Below are positions 1-8,364 of a stretch of 12,997 bases of DNA, piece by piece. Made by a program: the position numbers and the translations under genes. The notes under the pieces are model-generated. The model searched no databases and was not told the DNA's origin. It was given only the letters and a program-made list of their open reading frames with translations. Positions within the stretch are counted from its first letter, which is position 1; every line of letters begins with the position of its first letter. This DNA is from Gemmatimonadota bacterium (GTDB taxonomy: Bacteria; Gemmatimonadota; Gemmatimonadetes; Gemmatimonadales; GWC2-71-9): assembly GCA_039586365.1 (NCBI GenBank), contig JBDHKN010000111.1:1-12997 (forward strand). Reading direction: 5' to 3'.

Positions 1-2
1 CG

Positions 3-515
3 CATGTTGTCGGGATCGACTCCGATTCGATCAAGGTAGGGCACGCGCTTCGGCGCAGCCTGAAGTGCCGTTGCGCAACGGCGTTCGAGGAGCTCGAGAG
101 TTCCCAGAAACCCTATGATGCCATCATTTGCGAACAGGAACTGAACCATCTCACGAAATCGGAGATGGTGACCTTCCTGAAGCTTGTCTGGGAGAAGTTG
201 GTCCCTGGCGGGCGTCTGATCTGCCACGGTCTAAACGGTGCTAACCCCATCGTGGGTGCGGAGACACTCGCACAGAACTTCGACCACTTCAACACCTTTA
301 CCACATACTCGCTTAGGCAAGTCCTCGAGTATAGCGGATTCAGGGACGTCAGAGTATTTGGGCTACACTTATACGTGTTCTACAAGAATCCATTCAACTA
401 TGTAGCTTGGGGCGTGTCCGCATGCCTCAGCATAGTATTCCGCGCGCTCTTCGTACTATACGGCAAGTCCAACAGAGTATTCACCAAGAAGATTGCGGCA
501 GTGGCCGTTAGGTGA
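3..515 (+). CDS. Class I SAM-dependent methyltransferase, 5'-truncated by the window edge
   Basis: The frame of ORF 165..515 stays open back to position 3: HVVGIDSDSIKVGHALRRSLKCRCATAFEELESSQKPYDAIICEQELNHLTKSEMVTFLKLVWEKLVPGGRLI. VVGID (motif II-like), YDAII...NHL and L-x-PGG-x-L are typical class I methyltransferase motifs. Motif I (GxGxG) would lie upstream of the window. Confidence 0.85.
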   Translation, partial: HVVGIDSDSIKVGHALRRSLKCRCATAFEELESSQKPYDAIICEQELNHLTKSEMVTFLKLVWEKLVPGGRLICHGLNGANPIVGAETLAQNFDHFNTFTTYSLRQVLEYSGFRDVRVFGLHLYVFYKNPFNYVAWGVSACLSIVFRALFVLYGKSNRVFTKKIAAVAVR

Positions 516-546
516 TGTCGCACCCCCTGTCCAGAGTGTCTCCCTG

Positions 547-2499
547 ATGTGCGGTATCTGCGGTCGGTTCGGAATCGAACCGGTTGACCGGGATGAGCTC
601 ATGAAGATGACCCGCCGGCTCGCGCACCGCGGCCCGGACGATGAAGGCGTGTACGTCGACGGTGGGATCGGCCTAGGGCACAGGCGTCTCAGTATCATCG
701 ATCTCGATAGCGGCCAGCAACCCATGAGCAACGCAGCCGGTACTTGCTGGATCGTCTTCAACGGTGAGATCTACAACTTCCACCAACTCCGCGACAACCT
801 CTCGAAGAACGGCAGGCGGTTTCGCACTGTCTCTGACACTGAGACGATTCTGCATCTATACGACGAATACGGGACTGACTGCGTGAAACACTTGCGCGGG
901 ATGTTTGCTTTTGCAATCTGGGACGGGCGGAAGAGGCAAATCTTCGCCGCTCGCGACCGGCTGGGGCAAAAACCGTTCTACTACGCACAGCGCGACTCAG
1001 AACTCATATTTGCATCGGAGATCAAGGCGCTGATTGCAGCTGATCCAAGCCTGGCGGAATTGGATCTAGCAGCTCTGGATGAGTATCTGACGCTGCGGCT
1101 GATTTCGCCCCCACGGAGCATGTTTCGCCGAATCCACAAGCTCCCACCAGCACATTTCTTGACCTTCGACCAAACGCATGGGCTGCGAATCGAACGTTAC
1201 TGGGATCTGCCGTACGAACCCAAGTGGACGGGCAGCGAGGATCAGCTGATCGAGGAACTCGAGGAACGGCTGGTAGATTGCATTCGGTTGCACCTGGTAA
1301 GTGATGTTCCGGTCGGGGCCTTCATGAGCGGCGGACTCGACTCGACGCTGGTGGTGGCCTTGTTGATGAAACACCGACTCGCGGGCGAATTTCAAACGTT
1401 CTCTGTGGGCCTTCCCTACGGCCAGTACGATGAAGCCCCCGCTGCCAGGTTGGTTGCTGATCGCTACGGTACCTGCCATCATGAGGAGACGATCAATCCG
1501 TCACTGCTGAATACGTTCCCACGCCTCGTTCGACAACTAGACGAACCGTCGGACCCTTTGTCAGTATGTCTGGATTTGATCGCCCAGATGGCACGCAAGA
1601 AGGTGAAGGTCGTGCTGGGTGGGGACGGAGGCGACGAACTGTTCGGTGGCTATGACCGCTATTATGGGAACCGTGCTGCAGACTACTATGCGTTGCTCCC
1701 AGCGAGCATCCGCCGCCACGTGATTCAGCCCGCTCTGGCCTTGGTGCCAGATGGTGCGTGGTACAAGAGTCGCGGACACCAGCTAAAGTGGCTCCATCGC
1801 CTGTCGTTCTACAGCCGCGGCGACCGGTACGTGAAGAGCTTGGCGTACTTCTATATGCGAGAACCGTTCAGGACGGCGATATACGGACCGGTATTGGCGG
1901 CGGAAGCCGGGTCTGAACCCGGGAAACTCATGTGCGAGGCCTATGAGCGAGCGCAAGCTCACGACAGCGTGGATCGGATGCTGTACGCGGACTGCCAGTC
2001 ACGCCTCGCAGATCATCCGGTGATGATTCAGGACCGCATGACGATGGCCCACGGTCTGGAGGCCAGAAGTCCGTTCATGGACCACGAAATAGCGGAGTTT
2101 GCGGCCCGACTTCCAGCGTCTCTCAAGGTACGGGGGCGAACCCTACGCTACATCCAGGTGCAGTTGGCCAAGCGCCTCCTGCCTCCCGAGCTGCTGACAA
2201 GGAAAAAACAGGGCTTCTCCTCTGCGCTTCCCTATCTGCTCAAGAGCGAGCTCGATGTGCTGTACCGCGTCTTCCTGAGCGACGTACAGCTCGCTCGTGA
2301 TGGTATTTTGAGACAAGAACCAATTAATCAAATGCTGGCTGAGCACCAGGCAGGCGCAACGGATCACGGCAACCGCCTCTGGCTGCTGCTGAACAGCGAT
2401 GTATGGTACCGCTTCTTCATCCAAGGCCAGTCCGAGGATGAACTCGGCGGGCTAATCGCTGAAGGGTCTGCTACAAACGCCGCCCAAGCCTCAGCATGA
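547..2499 (+). CDS. asnB: Asparagine synthase (glutamine-hydrolysing) family amidotransferase, probably the glycan-associated type
   Basis: The Ntn N-terminus MCGICG begins at ATG 547, so the start at 493 in the ORF track is too far upstream. Motifs present: HRGPD, GHRRLSIID, QPM, NGEIYN, DTE, GMFAF, RDRLGQKP, the PP-loop SGGLDS, GDGGDELFGGY, EARSPFMD and KKQGF. Confidence 0.95.
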   Translation: MCGICGRFGIEPVDRDELMKMTRRLAHRGPDDEGVYVDGGIGLGHRRLSIIDLDSGQQPMSNAAGTCWIVFNGEIYNFHQLRDNLSKNGRRFRTVSDTETILHLYDEYGTDCVKHLRGMFAFAIWDGRKRQIFAARDRLGQKPFYYAQRDSELIFASEIKALIAADPSLAELDLAALDEYLTLRLISPPRSMFRRIHKLPPAHFLTFDQTHGLRIERYWDLPYEPKWTGSEDQLIEELEERLVDCIRLHLVSDVPVGAFMSGGLDSTLVVALLMKHRLAGEFQTFSVGLPYGQYDEAPAARLVADRYGTCHHEETINPSLLNTFPRLVRQLDEPSDPLSVCLDLIAQMARKKVKVVLGGDGGDELFGGYDRYYGNRAADYYALLPASIRRHVIQPALALVPDGAWYKSRGHQLKWLHRLSFYSRGDRYVKSLAYFYMREPFRTAIYGPVLAAEAGSEPGKLMCEAYERAQAHDSVDRMLYADCQSRLADHPVMIQDRMTMAHGLEARSPFMDHEIAEFAARLPASLKVRGRTLRYIQVQLAKRLLPPELLTRKKQGFSSALPYLLKSELDVLYRVFLSDVQLARDGILRQEPINQMLAEHQAGATDHGNRLWLLLNSDVWYRFFIQGQSEDELGGLIAEGSATNAAQASA

Positions 2500-3518
2500 C
2501 AACAGCCAGCGCGGTCGGGAACGACAACAAACTTGAGAGAGTGAAACGCCAGTCCCCCTGGCGACGCCACCTGGTGTTCTTCCTTAGGCTACTAATAACG
2601 ATTTCGTTATTGGCCTTCATATTCACTCTCGTCGACACCAAGGACGCGGCTCGGTTAGTCGGCTCTGCGAATACTCCGCTGCTGCTGGCCGTTGTCCTCG
2701 TAGCAGTCGCAGACCGACTGCTGATGGTAGTGAAGTGGTACCCGCTGCTCAGAGTCCAGAATGTCTCCGTGTCTTTGGCACGTGCCACGCGAGCCTACCT
2801 GGCATCCGGCGTGGCGCACTATTTCCTGCCAGCTTCAGTTGGGGCTGATGTACTCAGGGCTGCTGTATTGGGCCGCGCTGGTCGGTTCATCATCGAAGTA
2901 GGTGCGTCAATAGTCGCTGAGCGTGCTCTGGGACTCGTCGCCTCCGCGTTGATGAGCTTGGTGTCACTGGCTCTCGCAGTACGGCTGGGACTACCAGTAG
3001 AACTGATATTCCCATGGGCCCTCTTAGCAGTCTTCGCTGGCTGCGCGATTCTGGTACTCCCGCTGAACAAGCACGTTGTGAGATTCGTGCGGGGCTCGAA
3101 GACGTTGCTTCGCGTCGGGCGCGCCCGAGTGCTGTTGGAACGATTTGCCGAGACTTACGCCATCTACAGACGAGAAGTGGGGATGCTGGTGCTGATGGGG
3201 GCACTGACGGTGCTCGAACAGTTCTTCCCGATAGCGATTCTGTGGCTGCTAGGCAAGGCGCTTGGCATTGCTGTGGGGTTTGTGGCGGTAGTAGTTGCTG
3301 TACCGCTCACCCTGTTTGTTGTACGCTTGCCGATTTCGTTCGGTGGTCTTGGCGTCGGAGAGGGTGCCCTCGTTTACCTCCTGGGGCTGTTTGGAATATC
3401 ACCCACGGAAGCTCTCACGTTGGCTCTCAGTACCCGCGTCGTGGAGGTACTTGTGAATGCGGGTCCCAGCGTGTTTCTGTGGCGTGACCTGATCAGTGCC
3501 AAACGGCTAGAACCATAG
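2496..3518 (+). CDS. Lysylphosphatidylglycerol synthase TM-domain (UPF0104) flippase-like integral membrane protein
   Basis: 340 aa with many hydrophobic helices. Motifs FLPASVGADVLR (P-x-x-x-GGD-x-x-R like), ASIVAERALGL and LPISFGGLGVGE. An ATGA overlap with the asnB stop indicates translational coupling. Confidence 0.85.
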   Translation: MTTASAVGNDNKLERVKRQSPWRRHLVFFLRLLITISLLAFIFTLVDTKDAARLVGSANTPLLLAVVLVAVADRLLMVVKWYPLLRVQNVSVSLARATRAYLASGVAHYFLPASVGADVLRAAVLGRAGRFIIEVGASIVAERALGLVASALMSLVSLALAVRLGLPVELIFPWALLAVFAGCAILVLPLNKHVVRFVRGSKTLLRVGRARVLLERFAETYAIYRREVGMLVLMGALTVLEQFFPIAILWLLGKALGIAVGFVAVVVAVPLTLFVVRLPISFGGLGVGEGALVYLLGLFGISPTEALTLALSTRVVEVLVNAGPSVFLWRDLISAKRLEP

Positions 3519-3591
3519 GCCCCCTCGCGCTGCGGCAGGGATGCAGCCACCCACCCACCAATGCAACGCACTACAACGCTGCCGACATAGG

Positions 3592-4761
3592 TCAGCGAGC
3601 TGCTCCAGGTGATGCTCGGTCCAGTATGCCTTGGAAGAAGGACTCATATGCATCTGCGCAAGTCTCGATACGATAGCGCGGGAACAACTCACGATTGTGC
3701 CGTCCCATCGCAGCCGCCTCATCCGGCCGCCCGGCAACACGGGCCACAGCTGATACAAAGTCATCGAAGTGGCCCGACCGAACCAGATAACCCGTTTCGG
3801 TGTCTCGGAGGAAATCAACCTGGCCGCCGTGATCGTACGTGACAATGGGGAGTCCCGCAGCCATGGCTTCCAGGTACACCAGGCCAAACCCTTCGTGCAT
3901 CGTCGTTGAGAGATATACATCAGCAGCTTCCAACACCTGCCACTTCCGCTCTTCATCCACCTGACCGAGAAAGGTCACTCGGTCGCTGACAGCCAGCTCG
4001 CCGGCACACTCCTTTAGAGCAGCCAATTCCGGTCCGTCTCCGACTACGACCAGATGCGCTCGATTGCACTCCGGGTTCGCGAGAACTCGGAGCAGCTCAT
4101 CCAGGGCCTTGCGTTTGACCAATCGGCCGACGGTCACCCCGAGAAACACCCCTTCAGGCAGGTCAAGCTCCGCTCTACCAACAGTGCGATAGTCCGGCTG
4201 TCTTATGCCTAGCGGGATGAGGTGTATCGGACCTCTGTAGCGGTAGAAGCGATAGGTGTTGTCACGAGTGTTGTTGGATTGCGCAATGACCGCATCTGAA
4301 GCCTGCAGCACCGCGTCTACCGCACTGCGTAGCACGGCGTTCCGGTGCGGGGACAGCCGCTTTGATGGATCGTAGATATCCCCGCCATGAATGGATAGCA
4401 CATGCGGGATCTTGGCGATTCTTGCTACCGGGAGCGAGCCAAAGCCAGTTGGTATCGCAAAATGGGAGTTGATGATGTCGAATCCTTCGCGCCGCAACAG
4501 CCGCCAAGCTTTCGGCCAAGCTGCGGGCGGATAACTTAGCATGGAAACCAACGATGCCGCCGCGAGGGCTGAACGTCCTGGTACCGGAACGCGGAAGATC
4601 TCGACTCCACCGCGCTCTTCCCAGTGCGGCAGATCCTTGGTACCCGATGTGATGACGCACACCCGATGCTGTTTCGCCAGCTCCTCAGCGATTAGAGCAT
4701 GTACTACTCCGCCCCCTCCTCCCAGAGGAGGATACTCGTAGTTGAACATCAGGATCCGCAT
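3592..4761 (-). CDS. Glycosyltransferase family 4 (GT-B fold, retaining)
   Basis: N-terminal MRILMFNYEYPPLGGGGG, plus HGGD, VGRLVKRK, VGDGPE and the E-x7-E motif EGFGLVYLEAMAAGLP. AAGGA lies upstream of the ATG on the - strand. Confidence 0.95.
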   Translation of the reverse strand: MRILMFNYEYPPLGGGGGVVHALIAEELAKQHRVCVITSGTKDLPHWEERGGVEIFRVPVPGRSALAAASLVSMLSYPPAAWPKAWRLLRREGFDIINSHFAIPTGFGSLPVARIAKIPHVLSIHGGDIYDPSKRLSPHRNAVLRSAVDAVLQASDAVIAQSNNTRDNTYRFYRYRGPIHLIPLGIRQPDYRTVGRAELDLPEGVFLGVTVGRLVKRKALDELLRVLANPECNRAHLVVVGDGPELAALKECAGELAVSDRVTFLGQVDEERKWQVLEAADVYLSTTMHEGFGLVYLEAMAAGLPIVTYDHGGQVDFLRDTETGYLVRSGHFDDFVSAVARVAGRPDEAAAMGRHNRELFPRYRIETCADAYESFFQGILDRASPGAAR

Positions 4762-4848
4762 GAGGTTGATACAATTCCTTGAGTTGAGGTCACGGAAACA
4801 AGGCTGCCGTGCACAGTGAGGCCGCTCATCACGGGTAGCATCAACAAC

Positions 4849-6120
4849 TCACTGCGGAGCCGAAGAGGTCATTGCAAGAGTCGCCATCAACGGGCCAAAG
4901 AGGTGTTCGTCCAGCCTGCTCCACGGGTTCTTCCACACCGCCTCACCCTCGGCAGGGGCGAGCAGACCGCCCGACCGAACCATCACCAGACTCAGGCTAG
5001 GCACCACCAGCAGCACTCTATCGCCGTTGCCGAGCCCAACCATCGCGTCAGACGGCAAGGAAGGAGCCGACCCGTCACTATTCATCCACCACCCCAGCCC
5101 TGCACCCAACTCTGAAGGATCGAGACGCCGATCTGCGGCCAAAGGAACGATCGATCTCAGAGTGTCGACCCAGGTTGCGGGGATCAACTGCTGCCCTTGC
5201 CATGAACCGTGGTCCAAGACTAGCTGACCGATTCGGGCTGCCGCGCGGGCAGTAATCGAAGCGCCACTCCCGATGGCGTACAGCCGCAGGCCATCGAATT
5301 CGTGAGACTCGCCATAGCTGATCTGCCAGGCACGGCGCGGCACCTCCAACGGTTCGAACAGCCTCTTACGGAGCAGGGTCGCGAGGTCTTTCTCGGGGGC
5401 ATCTCTCAGGCTCTTCGTGAGGGCGTACGCCAGCACGTAGTACCCCAGTCCACTGTACGACTGATGGCTACCCGGTTCGAACAATGCAGGTGCTCGCTCG
5501 AGAGCCAATTCGAATCTCTGGTCCGGATGATCGTAGTAATACTGCTTCCAACCACCGCCCACGTCGGTGAAATCAACGTCGTCCAGACCGGACGAGTGAG
5601 TGGCAAGCTGCCTGATGGTGATCCTGCTCTTCACGGAATCGTCACTCCACGCGGGGTACCAGTTCCCAACCGCCTCGTCGAGACCGACCCGTTCATCTGC
5701 TAGGGACAAGAGCAGCGCCATGGAGCCACTCGCGGCTTTGGCCATCGCTGCCATACCAAAGAGAGTGTTGGGTCCAAAACCCTGCCCATAGCGCTCCGTG
5801 ACAATGTCACCGCCCCGCACCACTAGGAAGACATCTGTCGATTTCGCTTGCAGCTCATCGCCCAACGCCTCGAGTCGCAGCGAGTCGAAACCGCGTGATT
5901 GGGGTGACACCGACTCCCAGGGAATGTTGGCTTGGCCCATTATCTCCCGCGTCAACCCCACCAAGCCCTGGTCCAATAGGATCGCAGCCATGCCTCGGGC
6001 CTTAGAGACGACGCCCACATACCACCCTGCGACCATGAAAACCACGATGGCGACTGCACCGACAGTCAATGTAACGGAACGTTTCACGGCAAGATCTACT
6101 CGTCCAGGTTGTCTTGACAT
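4849..6120 (-). CDS. Beta-lactamase-related (AmpC/NylB-like) serine hydrolase family protein with N-terminal membrane anchor; catalytic Ser apparently replaced by Ala
   Basis: FLVVRGGDIVTERYG, ITIRQLATHSSGL, EPGSHQSYS, RLFEPL, TARAAARIGQLVLDHGSWQGQQLIPATWV, GLGWW and VVPSLSLVMVRSG follow the family pattern. The SxxK position reads FGMA-AMAK. Hydrophobic segment LTVGAVAIVVFMVAGWYVGVV lies near the N-terminus. Confidence 0.9.
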   Translation of the reverse strand: MSRQPGRVDLAVKRSVTLTVGAVAIVVFMVAGWYVGVVSKARGMAAILLDQGLVGLTREIMGQANIPWESVSPQSRGFDSLRLEALGDELQAKSTDVFLVVRGGDIVTERYGQGFGPNTLFGMAAMAKAASGSMALLLSLADERVGLDEAVGNWYPAWSDDSVKSRITIRQLATHSSGLDDVDFTDVGGGWKQYYYDHPDQRFELALERAPALFEPGSHQSYSGLGYYVLAYALTKSLRDAPEKDLATLLRKRLFEPLEVPRRAWQISYGESHEFDGLRLYAIGSGASITARAAARIGQLVLDHGSWQGQQLIPATWVDTLRSIVPLAADRRLDPSELGAGLGWWMNSDGSAPSLPSDAMVGLGNGDRVLLVVPSLSLVMVRSGGLLAPAEGEAVWKNPWSRLDEHLFGPLMATLAMTSSAPQ

Positions 6121-6310
6121 CTTCCGGCTTCACAGCGCGGCCGGCTGACAGTGTTGCAGCACACTGCTCCTCGTATGGTTCGGAACCCGCTGACGACCAA
6201 CCGTACGTCACGGGCTGAGCGCCTTCATACGCTAAGCAGTTCCGTTTCTGTTGTTCTGCCACACTCCTGCGGAAGCCTAAAAAGATGTTGCCCAATCCGA
6301 AGGCAGAATT

Positions 6311-6326
6311 AGCAAGAGGCGAGCCA
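6311..6326 (-). promoter_or_regulatory. Putative sigma54 (-24/-12) promoter for the serine hydrolase-GT4 unit
   Basis: The minus strand reads TGGCTC-GCCTC-TTGCT, with exact GG-N10-GC spacing and one mismatch to TGGCAC-N5-TTGCW. It lies about 190 bp upstream of ATG 6120. Confidence 0.6.
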
Positions 6327-6425
6327 TTTTCAGGAAGCCCATGGGTATGCAACGTGCACGCTACGAGCGCGCGGTCGCGCCAACTGCTGCGTTTGGCCCG
6401 GCACCAGGAGCTACCACATGGGCCT

Positions 6426-6445
6426 ATGTTGCGCGCCCGCAACAT
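6426..6445. promoter_or_regulatory. Palindromic operator, candidate upstream activator site for a sigma54 enhancer-binding protein
   Basis: ATGTTGCG-CGCC-CGCAACAT has perfect 8-bp arms with TGT-N12-ACA geometry. It is centred about 110 bp upstream of the -24 element at 6324-6325. Confidence 0.55.
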
Positions 6446-6561
6446 CGATCGTACGTTGTTTTCTGGCAAGAGGTTGCATCACTTGCTGGGGACCAGCCAG
6501 AGCTTCTGAGAATGGGAAGCTAGTTTGTCACTCACCCCATCAGTAACCGGAGAAGGGAACC

Positions 6562-8283
6562 TTGAGGCGAGACATCGCAGCACTAACAGAAACGGACTTT
6601 GACCTGGCCGTTATCGGTGGCGGTATTTTCGGAGCCTGTGCGGCATGGGATGCGGCGCAGCGTGGTCTGTCCGTGGCGCTCATCGAGCGCCACGACTTTG
6701 GGGGTGCCACGAGCGCCAACTCATTCAGGATGATTCACGGCGGTATCCGCTACATCCAGCACGGCGACGTCTGGCGTATCCGTCAGTCGAGTCATGAACG
6801 ACGTGCGTTTCTCAGAATCGCTCCACACTTGGTCCATCCACTGTCAATCGTTATTCCCACGTATGGCCGAGGAATGAAAGGGAAGACCGTCCTGCGCGTG
6901 GGAATGGGTCTGTACGACACCATTACTGCGGATCGGAACAGCGGCATTGTAGATCCAGCGAGGAGAATCCCGTGGGGACGTGGGATGAGCCGGGATGAAG
7001 TGCTTGGCCGCTTCCCAGATCTCAAGCCCGAGGGTCTCACAGGAGCAGCTGAGTTCTGTGACGGCCAGATGCACAACCCGCCGCGACTGGTACTGGCAGT
7101 CCTGCAGAGTGCGGTGCTCGAGGGTGCCGTTGTCGCCAACTACGTCGAAGCAACCGGATTCATCCGAGAAGGAGATGTTGTGCGCGGTGTTCGTGCGCGA
7201 GATGCATTAACGGATGACCAACTCAAGATCAGAGCGAAAGTCGTTCTCAATGCGGCCGGGCCTTACGCGGAGCGCCTGTTGCGTCAGGCTGAACCGGACA
7301 TCCCTCTGCCTCAGGCCAATGAGTATTCGCGCGATGCGTGTTTCATAATCCCGCGGCGACTGTTCGATCACGAACATGCACTGGCGATTCTAGGGCAGAC
7401 TCACGACCCGGAGGCAGTACTAAGTAGAGGCGAGAGGCATCTCTTTGTCGTCCCATGGCGTGGCTACACACTGGTTGGTGTCTGGCACTCGGTACACAAA
7501 GACGATCCTGATCGATTCACCGTCACGGATCACGAGCTGGAGCAGTTCATCGCTGAAGTGAATGCAGGCTATCCAGGGTTGGGATTATCACTTGACGATG
7601 TCTCACTGTGGAATGCTGGGCTCGTACCGTTCGGTGAGAATCCCGAGGGAGCCGTTCATCTGCGTTACGGGCACAGGTCCTGTTTGATCGACCACACGGA
7701 CTCACACGGCATCGACAATCTCATAACGCTGATAGGTGTGCGGTTTACCACCGGACGATACGAAGCTGAACGGGCGGTTACGCTTGTGTTTCGTAAGTTG
7801 GGACGCAAGGCACCTCGCTCCAGCACCGCATCGACGCCAGTCATCGGCGGGCAGATAGAGAACTGGCAGGGACAGTTGCAGCAGGTAAGTCAGCAATATG
7901 GGGACCGCCTTGCCGCGGACGTGATCCGGTCACTGGTCCACAACTATGGGAGTGAGTCTCAACGAGTGCTCAGCGAGATCAGAAGCACACCGGCATTGGG
8001 CGAGCGTGTAGGCCAGACGTCCACGATCAAGGCACAGATCCGCGTAGCCGTCAGGGACGAGATGGCAGTGTCACTCTCCGATGTGGTCTTAAGGAGAACC
8101 GACATCGCCACAGGTGAACACCCCGGTCCTGCAGCACTGCGGGAGTGCGCTCGGGTAATGGGTGAGGAAGAGCACTGGAGTCCTGAGACAGTTGAGCGCC
8201 AGATCGAGTTGGTGGCACGACAGATCCCTGCCCCCACAAGTCGCTCAGTGAACACCACAGGATCGGCGCAGCCCGCAGGGTGA
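6562..8283 (+). CDS. FAD-dependent glycerol-3-phosphate dehydrogenase/oxidase (GlpD/GlpO)-like oxidoreductase, divergent
   Basis: FDLAVIGGGIFG (FAD-binding GxGxxG), DAAQRGLSVALIERHDFGGATS, IHGGIRY, APHLVHPL, DGQM, NAAGPY and C-terminal AVRDEMAVSLSDVVLRRT. The start is TTG, preceded by purine-rich GGAGAAGGG. Confidence 0.92.
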   Translation: MRRDIAALTETDFDLAVIGGGIFGACAAWDAAQRGLSVALIERHDFGGATSANSFRMIHGGIRYIQHGDVWRIRQSSHERRAFLRIAPHLVHPLSIVIPTYGRGMKGKTVLRVGMGLYDTITADRNSGIVDPARRIPWGRGMSRDEVLGRFPDLKPEGLTGAAEFCDGQMHNPPRLVLAVLQSAVLEGAVVANYVEATGFIREGDVVRGVRARDALTDDQLKIRAKVVLNAAGPYAERLLRQAEPDIPLPQANEYSRDACFIIPRRLFDHEHALAILGQTHDPEAVLSRGERHLFVVPWRGYTLVGVWHSVHKDDPDRFTVTDHELEQFIAEVNAGYPGLGLSLDDVSLWNAGLVPFGENPEGAVHLRYGHRSCLIDHTDSHGIDNLITLIGVRFTTGRYEAERAVTLVFRKLGRKAPRSSTASTPVIGGQIENWQGQLQQVSQQYGDRLAADVIRSLVHNYGSESQRVLSEIRSTPALGERVGQTSTIKAQIRVAVRDEMAVSLSDVVLRRTDIATGEHPGPAALRECARVMGEEEHWSPETVERQIELVARQIPAPTSRSVNTTGSAQPAG

Positions 8284-8292
8284 CGGCATTGT

Positions 8293-8345
8293 GGTGAGCG
8301 GCGATGGTTGCTTCAGAGCGCCATCAGCCTCCGCTGCGCATCACC
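8293..8345. terminator. Imperfect nested stem-loop between convergent genes (possible terminator or stability hairpin)
   Basis: GGTGA/TCACC, GCGG/CCGC, GATGG/CCATC and GCT/AGC pair around a TCAG loop. There is no U-tract on either side. Confidence 0.3.
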
Positions 8346-8364
8346 TCACGACTGCGCGGCCATC

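Noticed and set aside
547..2499. asnB as a lasso-peptide cyclase or housekeeping asparagine synthetase
   Set aside because: The intact glutaminase Cys, the absence of a precursor peptide or B protein in the window, and the glycan-gene context favour a polysaccharide amidotransferase. A housekeeping role cannot be excluded formally.
3284..3291. GGCGGTAG resembling an RfaH ops element
   Set aside because: It lies inside a CDS (Val-Ala-Val-Val), lacks the downstream nnTG, and is not in a leader.
3519..3591. CCAC tandem repeats and a weak hairpin between the convergent UPF0104 and GT4 genes
   Set aside because: It is too short and low-complexity, has no U-tract, and is not a CRISPR or a clear terminator.
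4849..6120. Antibiotic-resistance beta-lactamase
   Set aside because: It lacks the catalytic Ser, the YxN Asn and the KTG motif.
6464..6478. TGGCAAGAGGTTGCA upstream of the glpD-like gene as a sigma54 promoter
   Set aside because: The spacing is GG-N9-GC, one base short of the strictly required N10. It overlaps the second enhancer-like site instead.
6002..6523. ORFs 6002..6469(-), 6285..6509(+) and 6341..6523(+)
   Set aside because: They have no recognisable motifs, overlap each other, and cover the promoter and operator elements of the divergent intergenic region.
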